Shown here: in pieces, positions 36,633 through 48,936 of the stretch
Layout of the letters: each line of letters starts with the position of its first letter
Numbering within the stretch: position 1 is the stretch's first letter
NCBI GenBank assembly: GCA_028277205.1
Contig: JANQGT010000006.1
Location: forward strand, 1-59,735
DNA: 59,735 bases
Source of the DNA: Candidatus Altimarinota bacterium
Lineage (GTDB): Bacteria > Patescibacteriota > Gracilibacteria > BD1-5 > UBA2023
Direction: 5' to 3'
Notes under the pieces: generated by a model
What the model was told of the DNA's origin: nothing
The model's database searches: none
The model's input: only the letters and a program-made list of their open reading frames with translations
Translations under genes and position numbers: made by a program

Positions 36633-38231
36633 ATGAGGGTCATATTCGTCACCGGCGGCGTACTGTCCGGCATCGGAAAGGGAATCATCGCCTCGTCGCT
36701 CGGGGCGCTCCTGCAGGGCAGTGGATATCGCGTCTTTTTTCAAAAGCTCGACGGCTATCTGAATGTCGATCCGGGGACGATGTCGCCATTTCAGCACGGC
36801 GAAGTATTCGTGACGGAGGACGGTGCGGAGACCGATCTGGATATCGGGCACTATGAGCGATTTATCGGAGAAAATCTCAATCATCTTTCGTCTTTCACGT
36901 CTGGGCGCTTTTTCGAAGAAGTGATCAGACGTGAGCGAGCGGGCGACTATCTGGGGAAAACCGTCCAGTTTATCCCTCATCTCACCAATCTCGTAAAGGA
37001 AAAAATCCGCGAGGGCTACGAGACGAGCGGGGCGGACGTCTCTATCATAGAGATCGGCGGGACGGTCTGAGACATGGAAAATGAATATCTCATCGAGTCG
37101 GCGCGCCAGATGAGGCGGGAGATCGGACGTGAAAACGTCGTCTATATCCACGTGTCGCTCCTGCCGTATATCGGCGCATCCAAAGAGCTCAAGACAAAGC
37201 CGACTCAGCACGCCGTGCGTACGCTCATGTCTTACGGGATCAATCCGGATTTTCTGGTGCTGCGCGCGGATCTCCCTATCCCCGAGGATATCCTCAAAAA
37301 AGCGGCGGATTTTTGCTCGCTGGATCGGGAGCATATCATCGCCGCGCCAAATATGCCGACTATCTACGAGGTACCGCTCGATCTGGAGCATCAGGGCGTA
37401 CGCGAGCGACTGCTTTCTCGGCTCGGATTCGAGGTGTGTCCGTGTGATCTGGGGGGATGGCGGACACTCGTGGAGGGGATACACACAGCACGCGAGATCG
37501 TGAAAATCGGCATGGTGGGAAAATACAATGATCTGGAGGATGCATACTATTCTCTAAACGAATGACTGCGCACCGCGGGATACGCACGCAAAAAACGGGT
37601 GGAAATCCGATTTATCGATGCGGAGGAGATAGAGCAGGGAAATCTGGCTCTGCTCGAAAATCTGGACGGTATCTGCGTCCCGGGAGGATTTGGCAGTCGG
37701 GGCATCGAGGGTATGATCATCGCGTGTCGGCATGCGCGCGAAAATCGTATCCCCTATCTCGGTATCTGCCTCGGATCGCAGATCATGGGCATCGAGTACG
37801 CGAGAAATATCCTCGGAATCGCAAGCGCGAACAGCGAAGAATTTGTGCCGGAAAACACCGAAAATATCATCCATATCATGGAGACGCAAAAGGGCGTCCG
37901 GGACAAAGGCGGGACGATGCGTCTCGGGACGTATCCGTGCGTGATTCGCGGGGATTCTCTTGCCTTTGAAATATACAAAGAGACGGACATCCATGAGCGA
38001 CATCGGCATCGATTTGAATTCAACAATGCGTATCGAGAGCGGATGGAGTCCGCGGGATTTCACATCTCGGGGACGAGTCCGGACGGGGAGCTCGCGGAGA
38101 TCGTCGAAATTTCCGAGCATCCGTTTATGATCGGGACGCAGTTTCATCCCGAATTCAAATCACGCCCGACCCGACCGCACCCGCTTTTTCTCGCATTTGT
38201 CGAGGCGTGTGAGCAGATGGTGCGAGAGTAG
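36633..38231 (+). CDS. pyrG: CTP synthase
   Basis: [17 protein letters not shown](TGA=G)DME, KTKPTQH, GICLG, QFHPEF. Confidence 0.98.
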
Positions 38232-38619
38232 ATTTCGGGGCTGTTTGGCTATCGCGTGTTTGCGGGTGGTATGCTTCGGGGCAGAGCTTCGGTCGAATGC
38301 GTGCACTCCAGCCCGATGAAGATCGAACTAAAAACTCGTATCAGAAGCAGTGCCACGAGCGTATGCGTGGGCATTCGCAAGTTTTGCTGGAGCTGTATAT
38401 CACCAGTATACTCGCACGAGACGATACTGACAGTCATTTTCACCCATACGCTTTTACTCTTCGCGAAGACTCATACGCGATAAAATTTCCGAGTGTATAG
38501 CGGTATCCAGAAGTTGCGTCATCGGAGTTACATGGTCGACTGACCGAGTTCAACTCTCCCCTCAAACACTTGCAAATCAATAAAAATCCGTCTCAAAATA
38601 AACGGACAAACTATTTTCA

Positions 38620-38736
38620 TGGTGCGACCGAGAGGATTCGAGCGCTCTCCGGCGCGCTCGCCTCTCCTCACTCTCGGCGTGCCATACGAGGCACGCCTCG
38701 TCTCGCGCTGCTCGACCGCTCGGATTCGAATCCTCT
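38620..38736 (-). repeat. tRNA-Arg 3'-end duplicate closing a long GC-rich stem-loop
   Basis: Reverse strand AGAGGATTCGA...TCGAATCCTCTCGGTCGCACCA; the 3' part matches the tRNA-Arg end at 38798-38819, and the downstream flank is also similar. Confidence 0.8.
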
Positions 38737-38797
38737 ATGAGATAGTTGAAATTGATACAAAAAATCCGTTTTGGGATGAACGGATATATTGTTTGCA

Positions 38798-38874
38798 TGG
38801 TGCGACCGAGAGGACTCGAACCTCTGACCTCGACCTTCGGAGGGTCGCATTCTATCCAGCTAAACTACGGTCGC
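38798..38874 (-). tRNA. tRNA-Arg(CCG)
   Basis: GCGACCG acceptor, CGACC-CTCCGAA-GGTCG anticodon arm, CCA end. Confidence 0.97.
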
Positions 38875-39111
38875 ACGTGGCGCGCATTGTATGGATGTAC
38901 GTCAAAAAGTCCATTCGCGCGGACGATTGTCGACTGTGCAGGCGATGTCTGATCGGCGCGCTCGCATGAGAGCGACAGCATGATTTGTACCGAAATCGCA
39001 AGATCTGCAAACTGTCGCCGTATTGTATTCGTGGTTGTTTCGGATATACTCCGGTGCACGTTTTTTCGTGAAATTGAAATCAAGCATTTTTTCGGATATA
39101 ATGGCGCTTTC

Positions 39112-39187
<76 letters not shown>

Positions 39188-39206
39188 TTCATGTCATGAG
39201 ACAACT

Positions 39207-39570
39207 ATGAACGAAGAAATTCAAAAAATTAAAGCGCTAGAAATGGAATTACTTCAGTCCGAAACCAGAAAACCTCCAAAAAGACTCAATGAGCTTTTGG
39301 CAGATGATTTTTTTGGATTCATGCAAAACGGTCGTTCTGCAAACAAAAAAGACGTACTCGAACACGTACCAAACAGTTCGAGCTTTCAATTCGATATTCG
39401 AGAAATGGAAGCGAAAGTGCTGTCGCAAGATAATTCTTTTACATTCCGTATTGGATAGAAAATTTGATGAATCGGGTGAGAACAAATGCACTTTATGTAG
39501 TTCGATTTGGCAGAGGCATGATGGCAATTGGCAAATGATATTCTTTCAAGGAACACCTGCTAAAAAATAG
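39207..39570 (+). pseudogene. Frameshifted DUF4440/SnoaL-like gene
   Basis: N-half LELLQSETRK...LADDFF in one frame, C-half SSIWQRHDGNWQMIFFQGT in another, shift near 39430; AT-rich; directly after a tRNA. Confidence 0.75.
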
Positions 39571-39682
39571 GGACTATCGTCATTTCTTTTGTCAGTCTGG
39601 ATAGACATTCTTTCGGTTCTTTTCTCTCCAGCTGATAGCGAAAACAAATGCAGTGTGAAGTTTGCGCATAGAGCGAAGAGCT

Positions 39683-41194
39683 TTACTCCGGAGTGGAGAG
39701 AGTCTGCCGTTTGTTTGCGGATTTTTCAAAGAGTTTTTTGGACAGCATCGCGATATCCACGCTGTCCATATCGTCGAGGATTCAGATGCTGCGGGCGCGA
39801 TCGAGTATCGCCGCGTTCGAGTGTTTGTCCTGAAATCGGAAAAATTGCTCCTCGAGTTTTTCCAGAGGCAGCGCGTCATTCTGCACTTTGGCAATCCTGA
39901 GGATGCGAGCAAAATCCGCAAGCAGCGTGTGACGTTCCGCTTTTGAAAATGCAAACTCTACACCAAATCCGCGACTGTGTGTCTTGCGGGCGAAGAGCGT
40001 GCAAACGTCGTGTATTTTCGGGATGAGAAATCCAAGCCCGAGCGACTGGAGGTATCCCAGATTTTCCACTGTGTGCATGACGCGTATGCAGGAGTATGTC
40101 TCGGCGTAGATCTCGTAGTGATCATCATCGATTTTTTTGATGGGAATGCCGTAGCGATTTGGCACAAAGCTCCCTATGCGCGTCCGGGCGAGTGCGGTCT
40201 CGATGTCGGTACTCATCGTGCGCATGGACAGCTGCATGTGCGCCTCTTGGTATACTCGCTCGAATCCGATTTCCTGAATGTGTGAGCTCAGCGTCTTTTT
40301 CGGCATGGCAAATGCGAGCTCGATGATATGGCGTTTTTGGTACGTGCGCTTTTTTGAAAATCGGGAGAGCAGCTGAAAGAGCGCTTCCTGTCGTTGCGAG
40401 AGGCTGGATTCTTCTCGGCGCATCGACAGCTGATGCAGGAGAATGGAGACATACTCCTGCGTATCAAACAGCTCGTCCGTAGACTGAAACTCTGAAAATC
40501 CCGGTATTTCCCGGATCTCGGAGAGGTAGTTTCATGCTCGCAGCAGATCGCATGATTTCAGTACGGCGGCGCTTCCCTTGATCGCCGAGAGGATTTGTGC
40601 GTCGTCCCACTGTGCCTGCAGTCCGCTTGCGAGCAGTACGACGCTGTCCTCCGCGATAAATCGCAGGGACTCGGGAGGGTGTTCGTGCTCCAGGAGCTCC
40701 CATACTCGTGAAAATTTCGAGCGAAATTCCCGGGTATACTCAAAGACATGCCTAGAAAGCCGGTAGCAGCCGATGTGCCGCATGACTGTCGGCTCATCGT
40801 GAAATCGCGACTCCAGACGCGACAGCTCCGCCGAAAGCTGAGGTCATCGAAGCGGAGTGAGCGCTCTGAGGATCGGATCCTGTTTTGCATTTGCGAGGGC
40901 TACTCTCGACCACTCCAGATGCGAATCCGAGAGTCCGCACAGCAGGCGGATCTTATCCGTCCGGGAAAATACGCACCGCTCCTCCTCGCAAAATCGGGCG
41001 AGAAACGAAAAGAGCATCGTGAAATACCGGGGGCGCGACTCGACTGACCACTCGGCGAGGATTACTTCGCAGGAGTGTGTGAGTCGCTCGAGCGCGCGTT
41101 TCGAGGTGATATTGTGTTTTGCCAGTAGCTGCACGATCGTGCCCTGAGCATGCTTTGATATCGGGATGTGTTTGAGCGTGGTGTGATCTCCCAT
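39683..41194 (-). CDS. Hypothetical protein (~503 aa)
   Basis: Three same-frame ORF pieces join through TGA to TAA 39683. Confidence 0.7.
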
Positions 41195-41777
41195 CGGGTA
41201 TGACCGAAAAAAATACAAAAGACACACCTCGTCGAAAGAGCTACCATATTTCCCGAAATTTCGAAAAACGCAAACAAAAAATACCGGTTTTCGAGCGAGG
41301 GCGTTTCAGAGCCTCGGGTGTTTTTTGACACGGTGAAAAAATAGCATTCAGTATCTCTCGCACCCGGGGATCGAGATGAAAAAAGGCACCGCACCCCGAT
41401 CTATGATATGGTACTCCGGTGCGGTATTCGCTCGATTGTTTCGATGATTTTTCGCGCTCTGACGCCATGATGGACGCATCGGATTTTGGTGCGATATTTT
41501 CACGAGTATCAAACCGACGAAGCTCACCGGATATTTTTTCATGCGTTACGTACTTTATCTAAAAAATGCTCTCATGAATCTAGGCGCGCTCCTCGATCAT
41601 GTCGATCATGATGCGCTATCCCGGCGACTCTCGCATGATCGCTGCAGACAGCGCTGTTTTGTCCATACCGGTCATGCCGTATCAAACCGGAGTACTCGAC
41701 TCCCGTATCGTATGCGCCTCGATACGAGACGATATTTGTCCTCTCGTGAAAAATAGGATAGACTAAACAAAAATCCT

Positions 41778-43001
41778 ATGCAGGCACCCATATCATCACT
41801 CGATACGAAAGTCCGCATCAACGCTCTCGCAAGCTATTTGTTTTTGGGGTGGATGTTTTTGCTTGCGAGAAAAAATCCGAATTTTTCCCATCCGTACGTG
41901 CGACGTCATGCCTGGCGCGCGACGGGAGTGCATGTCGCATTTTTCGCGCTGATCATCCTGTATCACGGGGTTTTTGCCTCGTATCTCGGATTTTTCATCC
42001 CGTTTGTCGGCATCTCCGTGCGAGAGCTTGGGACTGTGCTCGTGTACGGAGCGGGGCTTTTCGCTATCCTCGTGCTCGCGCGCGATGCCTATCGCGGCAC
42101 TGACGCGCGAGAGATCGCCGAGACCGGACATGCGCTGTCCCGGACGTGCACGCACCGGTTTTCCTCTGATCGTGGGGCGCTCATCGCCGTGGCGAGCTTT
42201 GTGCCGATTTTCGGATTTTTCATCCATGCTCGCCATGAAAACGACGCCACTGCCGACGGTATCCGGATCGGCGGATCGTTTGCGCTTCTCTTTGCGTTGT
42301 CGGGATTTGCATTTGGCGCGCATGCGTCCGCCATGGTCGTCACACTCCTGTACAGCATCGTATTTGCCTGGGCGGCGATCTCGGCGTTTACGGTCGACCG
42401 ACTCGAAATCCCGGCACTGATTCGCCGCATCCCGCTGCCGCTCTCGTGGTATGTAAATATCGAGGCGGCACTACTGTTTATACGACATATTTTCGAGGCG
42501 CTGTTTTTTGGACGGGAGCGCGTTTCGTTTTCCGCAGCACTCGAAAATATCCGTGATATCGCCGCATATGAGGAGCAAGCGTACGAGTCCGCGCATCCCG
42601 ATACGCGGTTTCCACTGCCTATAGAGCTTTTGTGTATCCCGATGCTCGGTCTCCTGTTTCTGCCGCTGATCCTGTCTCGTCCCGAGAGTCGGTATCGTCG
42701 TCTTGCGTTTCAGATGCTTCTTTTGTCCGTGGCATTCGGATCTGCAGTGGCGCTCGGCTGGTCGGTCGTCGCGGGACTGCTGCTCGTCCTGTTTGCTCTC
42801 GCGATGAGTGTAGCACGCTCGCGACCCGGGGTACTACTGCCGCTCGTCGGCAGCGTGTATACGCGCCTCTGTGTGCTCGCCCGCCTCGTATCCGGAAAAT
42901 CCCGGGATGTCCGCAGGAAAATACCGGCACGACAACAAACCGTATCGTATCGGGTAGGAGAGCATGATGCGGACAGTGGAGATCCGTCGGGGGAGGGGTA
43001 G
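41778..43001 (+). CDS. Multi-pass membrane protein (DUF4870-like segments)
   Basis: NALASYLF...PYVRRHA, ASFVPIFG; many hydrophobic helices; uninterrupted 407 aa. Confidence 0.75.
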   Translation: MQAPISSLDTKVRINALASYLFLGWMFLLARKNPNFSHPYVRRHAWRATGVHVAFFALIILYHGVFASYLGFFIPFVGISVRELGTVLVYGAGLFAILVLARDAYRGTDAREIAETGHALSRTCTHRFSSDRGALIAVASFVPIFGFFIHARHENDATADGIRIGGSFALLFALSGFAFGAHASAMVVTLLYSIVFAWAAISAFTVDRLEIPALIRRIPLPLSWYVNIEAALLFIRHIFEALFFGRERVSFSAALENIRDIAAYEEQAYESAHPDTRFPLPIELLCIPMLGLLFLPLILSRPESRYRRLAFQMLLLSVAFGSAVALGWSVVAGLLLVLFALAMSVARSRPGVLLPLVGSVYTRLCVLARLVSGKSRDVRRKIPARQQTVSYRVGEHDADSGDPSGEG

Positions 43002-43659
43002 TCTCATCACGTGCAGGTCGCAGCGAAAATTTTGACACGTAATCCAGTGTTTGTAAAATGAAAATGCAGTCGTCATCACGACACATTTATCGACAGGATA
43101 CTTGGTTTTTCGATGTTTATGGACAAACAATCGGAACATGCTCGTAGTGCGGCGCCGCCAAAAGCGCAGATTTCGATAGACAAAATCAAGATCGCGCTTT
43201 CGAGGCGCATCGAAGCAATAATCTGACATCGCATAGCATGCGATCAGATTCACATATCCGTCCCCTATAGGGACGATCGGGTGTTTCCAAAAATCAATCT
43301 CTCTCGACTGTCAGCAGTATTGCCGACGTGTGCACTTTCCCATGTTTGTGATATTTTGGATGATTTGTGAATCGTCACTGTGTTGCCACTCTGAATCACT
43401 AAGCACTATATACTCGTACAGGAGACGACAAGAAATCGCGAAGCGCTTTCATGATGCACGCTACAGCAAAATTGTTTGGATAGTGCATATCTTGAAGGGG
43501 CGCTGGTTTGAATACGAGTGTACGTAAATGTACATACGAAGGGATATAGCACTCACAGGGTCATGCATGTTTTTCCTCTGGAGGATTTTGACGAGCTGTT
43601 GGAGTCATGTGGTATCCCGCTTGACCTGCTTCAGGTAAGCCGCGCTGATCTCCGACAAT

Positions 43660-44361
43660 CTACATCCGCACCTCGCACCGGCGGACATAGTGCTCCGCCG
43701 CAGCTGCGAGTGTATGCATCTGATCACGAGTAAACGATCCTCCGACGAAATCGGGATCGAGCGTTTTTTCACTGCGAAAATTTTGGATGGCGTAGTGCGG
43801 TGCATCCGGGATCTCACGGGTGATCGACTGCATGATCGTCGGCGTGTGCCAGTCCCGTATGACCGTCGTGCGAAATTCGTACTGTACGCCCGATGCGCGA
43901 ATGAGAGCGATGCTCCGGCGATAGCGCTCGGGACCGACATGTCTCCCGGCGAGCTCGACGTACCGATCGAGGGGAAATTTTATATCCATCGCGACCGCAT
44001 TCACGAGTCATTTTCGCAGCAGATATTCCAGCATATCGGGATTGCCGCCATTCGTATCGAGCTTTATCAGAAATCCGCGCGCGCGGATTTTTTCCAAAAA
44101 CTCTGGCAAATCGCGGTGGATCGTCGGCTCGCCTCCGCAGATGACGACACCGTCCAAAAGTCCCCGACGCGAATCGAGAAACCGGAAAAATATCGACTCG
44201 GGGATAAACGACGACGTAAGCCTCTGGATCGCATCGGGGAGGACAAATTCCGGATTGTAGCAGTAGCGGCATCGCAGAGTGCACCCCGGCGTAAAGGCAA
44301 TGGCGGCGAGCTTTCCGGGGTAGTCGATGTGGGTGAGCTTTTGGACTCCGGACAGGCGCAT
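43660..44361 (-). CDS. nrdG: Anaerobic ribonucleotide reductase activating protein (radical SAM)
   Basis: IDYPGK, CTLRCRYCYN, GGEPT, KLDTNG, MDIK, YEFRTT; joined at TGA 44008. Confidence 0.93.
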
Positions 44362-44362
44362 A

Positions 44363-44542
44363 CTAGGAAAAATCCCGCAGAAATGCAGAGTTTGCGGATG
44401 CGCACTCGTCAAAATACGTACGCGAGTAAAACTCGGCTTTTTTCCCGTGATTGAACTGCTCGACGGGTCGGTAGTATCCCATGACGCGGGTGTAGATCTG
44501 GCAGCGGGTGCGCTTTTTTGCGCCGGTGTCGTGTGCGGACAT
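44363..44542 (-). CDS. Stand-alone glycyl-radical domain of class III RNR
   Basis: 59 aa containing CQIYTRVMGYYRPVEQFNHGKKAEF. Confidence 0.88.
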   Translation of the reverse strand: MSAHDTGAKKRTRCQIYTRVMGYYRPVEQFNHGKKAEFYSRTYFDECASANSAFLRDFS

Positions 44543-44586
44543 AGAGCGTGATGATAAAAAAGAAAAATATCCTCCAGACGAGAAAA

Positions 44587-46800
44587 CTATCCCGTATCCG
44601 ATACGGCGAGTGCATCGGCGATTTTCGCCTCCCGACGCTCGGTGTAGCGTGCGCGGGTTTCGTGATCCCGATCGTCCTCGCCCGTGTAGCCCATCTCCTC
44701 GTCGCAGCGCGGACAAAAATCGTGCTCGCCCGGGATGTATCCGTGGATCGGGCAGACGGAAAATGTGGGCGTGATGGTGATATACGGCATCCGGTAGCGC
44801 GAGACGACGCGCCGCACGAGGGCTTTGCAGGCGCGAATATCGGAGATGCGCTCGCCGAGATAGAGGTGCATGACTGTCCCGCCCGTGTACCGGCACTGCA
44901 GCTCGTCCTGGGCGTCGAGCGCCTGAAAGGCGTCGTCGGTGTAGCCGACCGGCAGCTGTGAAGAATTGGTATAAAATGGTGCCTCCTCGGTCCCTGCCTG
45001 GATGATACCGGGTATCTGGGCGCGATCCTCACGCGCAAACCGGTACGTCGTCCCCTCGGCGGGGGTCGCCTCCAGATTGTAGAGATTGCCGGTTTCCTCC
45101 TGGTATTCACGCAGTACGTCCCGCATGAAATCAAGTATCTCGAGCGCAAAAGCACGTCCATGCTCGGTCGAGATAGTGTGCTCGTCTCGACTGAAATTTC
45201 GGATGGCTTCATTCATACCATTGATCCCGATCGTCGAAAAGTGATTTCGAAATGTTTTCAAATATCGCGCGGTCGCGGGATACAGCCCCCGATCGAGCCA
45301 GTCGGAGAGGACGCGCCGCTTGATCTCAAGCGATTCTTTCGCGGTGTCCATGAGCGTCCGGAGCCTCTGGAAAAATCCATCCCGATCGAGCGCGCACAGC
45401 GCGCCGATCCTGGGCAGATTGATCGTGACGACGCCCAGCGAGCCCGTCATCTCCGCCGATCCAAAGAGACCGTTTCCCCGTTTCAAAAGCTCCCGCAGAT
45501 CCAGCTGCAGACGGCAGCACATGCTGCGCACGGCGCCCGGCTCGTAGGCGTGTTCGTTTTTTCGGCGCTCGATCGAGCCGTCCGGATTTCTGGTATATTC
45601 GTACTGTGATCCGACGAAGTTTTGAAAATAGGGGATTCCGTATTTTGCCGTCATCTCGAAAAGGGCGTCGACATCCGGATCATCCCAGGGAAAATCCTCC
45701 GTGATATTGTATGTCGGGATGGGAAAGGTAAATACTCGTCCCTTCGCGTCGCCTGCCAGATAGACCTCGATGAGTGCGCGATTTATGAGGCGGCGCTCGC
45801 GATCCAGCTCTCCAAAGGTTTTTTCGTAAGGTGCGCGGTCGTATCCGCCCATCTGCAGACGCTTTTCCGAGAGATCATCGGGACACGTCCAGTCGAGCGT
45901 GATATTGGTAAACGGGGTCTGCGTTCCCCAGCGCGACGGGACATTCATGCCAAATACGAAGTTTTGCATATTTTGCACGACATAGCGATACACGCGATCC
46001 TCTATGTGAGTCTCTCGCGCGCTGTCGCTTTCAAAGCTCGCATTGACCGTCTCCAGCTGTTCTTCGAGTTCCTTTCGATATTTGTGCACAAACGGGGAGA
46101 GATACGTATCAAACGATGAAAATGCCTGCGCGCCCGCCCATTCGTTTTGCAGTGTGCCGAAAAAATTGATCATCTGATTGACCGCCGACTGCAGATTCAT
46201 GGGCGGTGTCGACTCCATCGCTGACGGAATTCCATTGAATCCCTCCTCCAAAAGCATCCGCAGACTCCATCCCGCGCAGTACCCCGCAAACATAGAGAGA
46301 TCATGAATGTGCAGATCGCCATTTCTATGGGTGTCGCCGATATGGCGCGGATAGATGTGCGACAGCCAGTAGTTTGCCGTGACCTTTCCGGAGGTATTCA
46401 GGATCAGACCGCCCAGAGAGTAGCCGGAGTTTGCGTTTTCATTCACGCGCCAGTCCGCTTTTGACAGGTATTCGTCCATGGTGCGCCCGACCTCCACGAC
46501 GATATCGCGTCCCTGCCGCAGACGGGCGTGCTCCTCCCGGTAGAGGATGTAGGCGCGTGCCACATCCTCGTATCCGCGCTGCATCAGTACGCGCTCGACA
46601 CTGTCTTGGATATTTTCGATATCGGGGATCGTGTCGGCCTGCGATTCGAGCTCGCTGACGACCTCATCGGTGATGGATGCGGACTCGGCGATGCCATCGG
46701 GACGATGCGCTTCAAATGCTTTTTTGATCGCGCGCTCGATGCGACTGCGATCAAAGCTCTCGATACCACCGTTTCGTTTACGGACTTTGAAAATAGGCAT
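44587..46800 (-). CDS. nrdD: Anaerobic ribonucleoside-triphosphate reductase with ATP cone
   Basis: VRKRNG ATP cone, HIHDL, QTPFTN, SMCCRL, EATPAEG, CPIHG...CPRC. Confidence 0.96.
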   Translation of the reverse strand: MPIFKVRKRNGGIESFDRSRIERAIKKAFEAHRPDGIAESASITDEVVSELESQADTIPDIENIQDSVERVLMQRGYEDVARAYILYREEHARLRQGRDIVVEVGRTMDEYLSKADWRVNENANSGYSLGGLILNTSGKVTANYWLSHIYPRHIGDTHRNGDLHIHDLSMFAGYCAGWSLRMLLEEGFNGIPSAMESTPPMNLQSAVNQMINFFGTLQNEWAGAQAFSSFDTYLSPFVHKYRKELEEQLETVNASFESDSARETHIEDRVYRYVVQNMQNFVFGMNVPSRWGTQTPFTNITLDWTCPDDLSEKRLQMGGYDRAPYEKTFGELDRERRLINRALIEVYLAGDAKGRVFTFPIPTYNITEDFPWDDPDVDALFEMTAKYGIPYFQNFVGSQYEYTRNPDGSIERRKNEHAYEPGAVRSMCCRLQLDLRELLKRGNGLFGSAEMTGSLGVVTINLPRIGALCALDRDGFFQRLRTLMDTAKESLEIKRRVLSDWLDRGLYPATARYLKTFRNHFSTIGINGMNEAIRNFSRDEHTISTEHGRAFALEILDFMRDVLREYQEETGNLYNLEATPAEGTTYRFAREDRAQIPGIIQAGTEEAPFYTNSSQLPVGYTDDAFQALDAQDELQCRYTGGTVMHLYLGERISDIRACKALVRRVVSRYRMPYITITPTFSVCPIHGYIPGEHDFCPRCDEEMGYTGEDDRDHETRARYTERREAKIADALAVSDTG

Positions 46801-46811
46801 ATGAAATTTCT

Positions 46812-46860
46812 ATACTATATATAGGTGTCGATACGACGATATGAGCACTATATACAGGTA
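46812..46860. promoter_or_regulatory. Tandem NrdR boxes
   Basis: ATACTATATATAGGTG (46812) and GCACTATATACAGGTA (46845) resemble acaCwAtATaTwGtgt; 33 nt apart, just upstream of nrdD. Confidence 0.75.
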
Positions 46861-47287
46861 TTTTTTGAAATCAAGCATTTTTTCGAAAATCGTCGTTTGT
46901 CCGAGAATGTCCCCGCAGATGCAAGAGACCCTCCTTCTGTAGGCGGTATATTATGATACCGCTTGGCGAATTGTCTTTTTCTCGTTCGTGATGACATATA
47001 CGATTTACAGTACACAAAAAGCCTGTCACTCTTTTTCATCGAAACATGTTTTCAGGCATTGCTTTAGTCGTATATTTATCGGGCTTTGACATGATTGACC
47101 CCAGCAAACATTCCTGAAAATCGAGAGGATTTCCCGGGCGACGACAGACAAAAACCGGTCTAAAATCTCGCATCCTTATATGATTTGACGCGGACTGTAT
47201 ATGGTATTCATCAGTATCATCCGATAGCGCGCTCTTTCAAAATCGCGGTATTTTCGTATACTGGTCGCATCGCAATATCGTGCCTGC

Positions 47288-48769
47288 ATGATCAAAAACG
47301 TCCGTATCATCCCCGGGTGCATCGCCTGCAAGACCTGCGAAAATATCTGTCCGCAGGTGTTTCATATCGAGGGGACGAGCCGGGTAATCGGCTATGATTT
47401 TGAAAAATACCGGCAGGCGGTCCTGCGCGCCGAGCGGATGTGCCCCGTCAATGTGATAAAGGTCGATCGTGACGATACGGAGGCGGTGGCGGAGGCATTT
47501 GCGGAGGCGACGCTCATAGAGTCTCGATACCTCACGCGGGATGTGCTCGCGCTCTCATTTGGCGTTCGGGAGTTTTCGGCGGTGGCGGGACAGTACGTCT
47601 CCGTGCGTCTGCGGGATAGTGACGGAGAGTTCGTGCGGTCGTATTCGCTCGTCGAGTTTTCTGCAGCGCAGATCACACTCTGGGTAAAAATCCTGCCGGA
47701 CGGACGGGGCGGACGAGTGCTTTCATCGCTTGCTGCCGGTGATCGGGTGGGTATTTCTGAGGCGCTCGGGCATTTCGTCGTGGCGGAGCCGGATATCCCT
47801 CATGCATTCGTGGCGACGGGGACGGGACTCGCGCCGGTGATCCCCATGCTGCGTGCGCTGCCCGCCGATACACCAAAACTCGTGTTTTTCGGTGTGAGGA
47901 CGCAGGCGGATGTATTCGCTGCAGATATCCTCTCCGCCATTCCAAACACCCGTACGATCATCACCTGCTCGCGACCCTCGGACGCATGGTCGGGCGAGCG
48001 CGGACGCGTGACGGATCACCTGCAGCATATCACCTCCGATATGCACGTCTCTATCTGCGGCAATCCCGCGATGGTCGATGCAGTGGAACGTACGCTCACG
48101 GATCGATGACACGACCGGGCGCGCATACTGTCGGAGCGCTATGTGGATCAGTCCGCCGACACCCTGACGCCCCGATCGTGGATCGCACGCATCGTATGGG
48201 ACGGTGAGATCGGTACCTTCGTGCGGGTGGCGCACTATGTACTGCTCACACTCTCTGCGGCGGTCCCATTCGCATGGGGATATGCGCCGAGTCTGCGGGG
48301 AGATCTGTGGGATGTCAGCTGGTATGCCGTCACACTGCTCATGTGCATCCGTCCCATCGGTGATCTCTTGCCGGATGTGTTTCTCTTTCGGGCGCTGCTG
48401 CCGCTGCGACAGGGACTCGGTATCCTGTCGTCGGTGGTCGTCGCGACCAATGCGGGATTTGCCTATCTGCCGGATTTTGCAAATTTTCTCACTCTCTACA
48501 CTTCGGCGCGCATGTGGGGATTTGAGACCCGACTGCTCTTTGCACGGCTGGCTGAAATCGTGGGTATCATCCTCCTCATCACCTCAAACTCTCTGAGTCA
48601 GCGTCTGCTCGGCAAATGGTGGAAACGCATCCAGCGACTGTCGTACGTGTATTTTTTCGCGGCGGGGATCTATCTGGCGCATATCGGATCCGATGCGGCG
48701 ATCCCAGCGATGATCCTCGTCGGTGCGCTCTGGATCGCGGCATTTGTGAAAAATCGACGATCCAGCTAG
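47288..48769 (+). CDS. Fusion of ferredoxin, FAD/NAD(P)-binding reductase and MsrQ-like ferric reductase TM domain
   Basis: CIACKTCENICP...CPV; GQYV, RSYSL, VATGTGLAP, ICGNPAMV; (TGA=G)HDRARILSERY continues in frame into RQGLG...TSN...WKRIQRLSY. Confidence 0.85.
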
Positions 48770-48936
48770 TACGCCGTCGCATAGTGGCGTATTTCGGGTA
48801 CGATACTCGCGACCGCGCTCGGGGATGCACGCGGCGCCCGTCCTCGACGGGCACTGTACTGCGCTCGGACTTTTCATACGAGAGCGATACTGCGGTCATA
48901 CATCCACATCTGCAGAAAAAAATATGGCTCTCAACG

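Noticed and set aside
41230-41400. AAAACCGG-type motifs shared with 33370-33410, 47150 and 58580
   Set aside because: Short and low-complexity; no extended alignment.
43005-43650. Short ORFs between the membrane protein gene and nrdG
   Set aside because: No motifs or consistent frame; cannot support a call.
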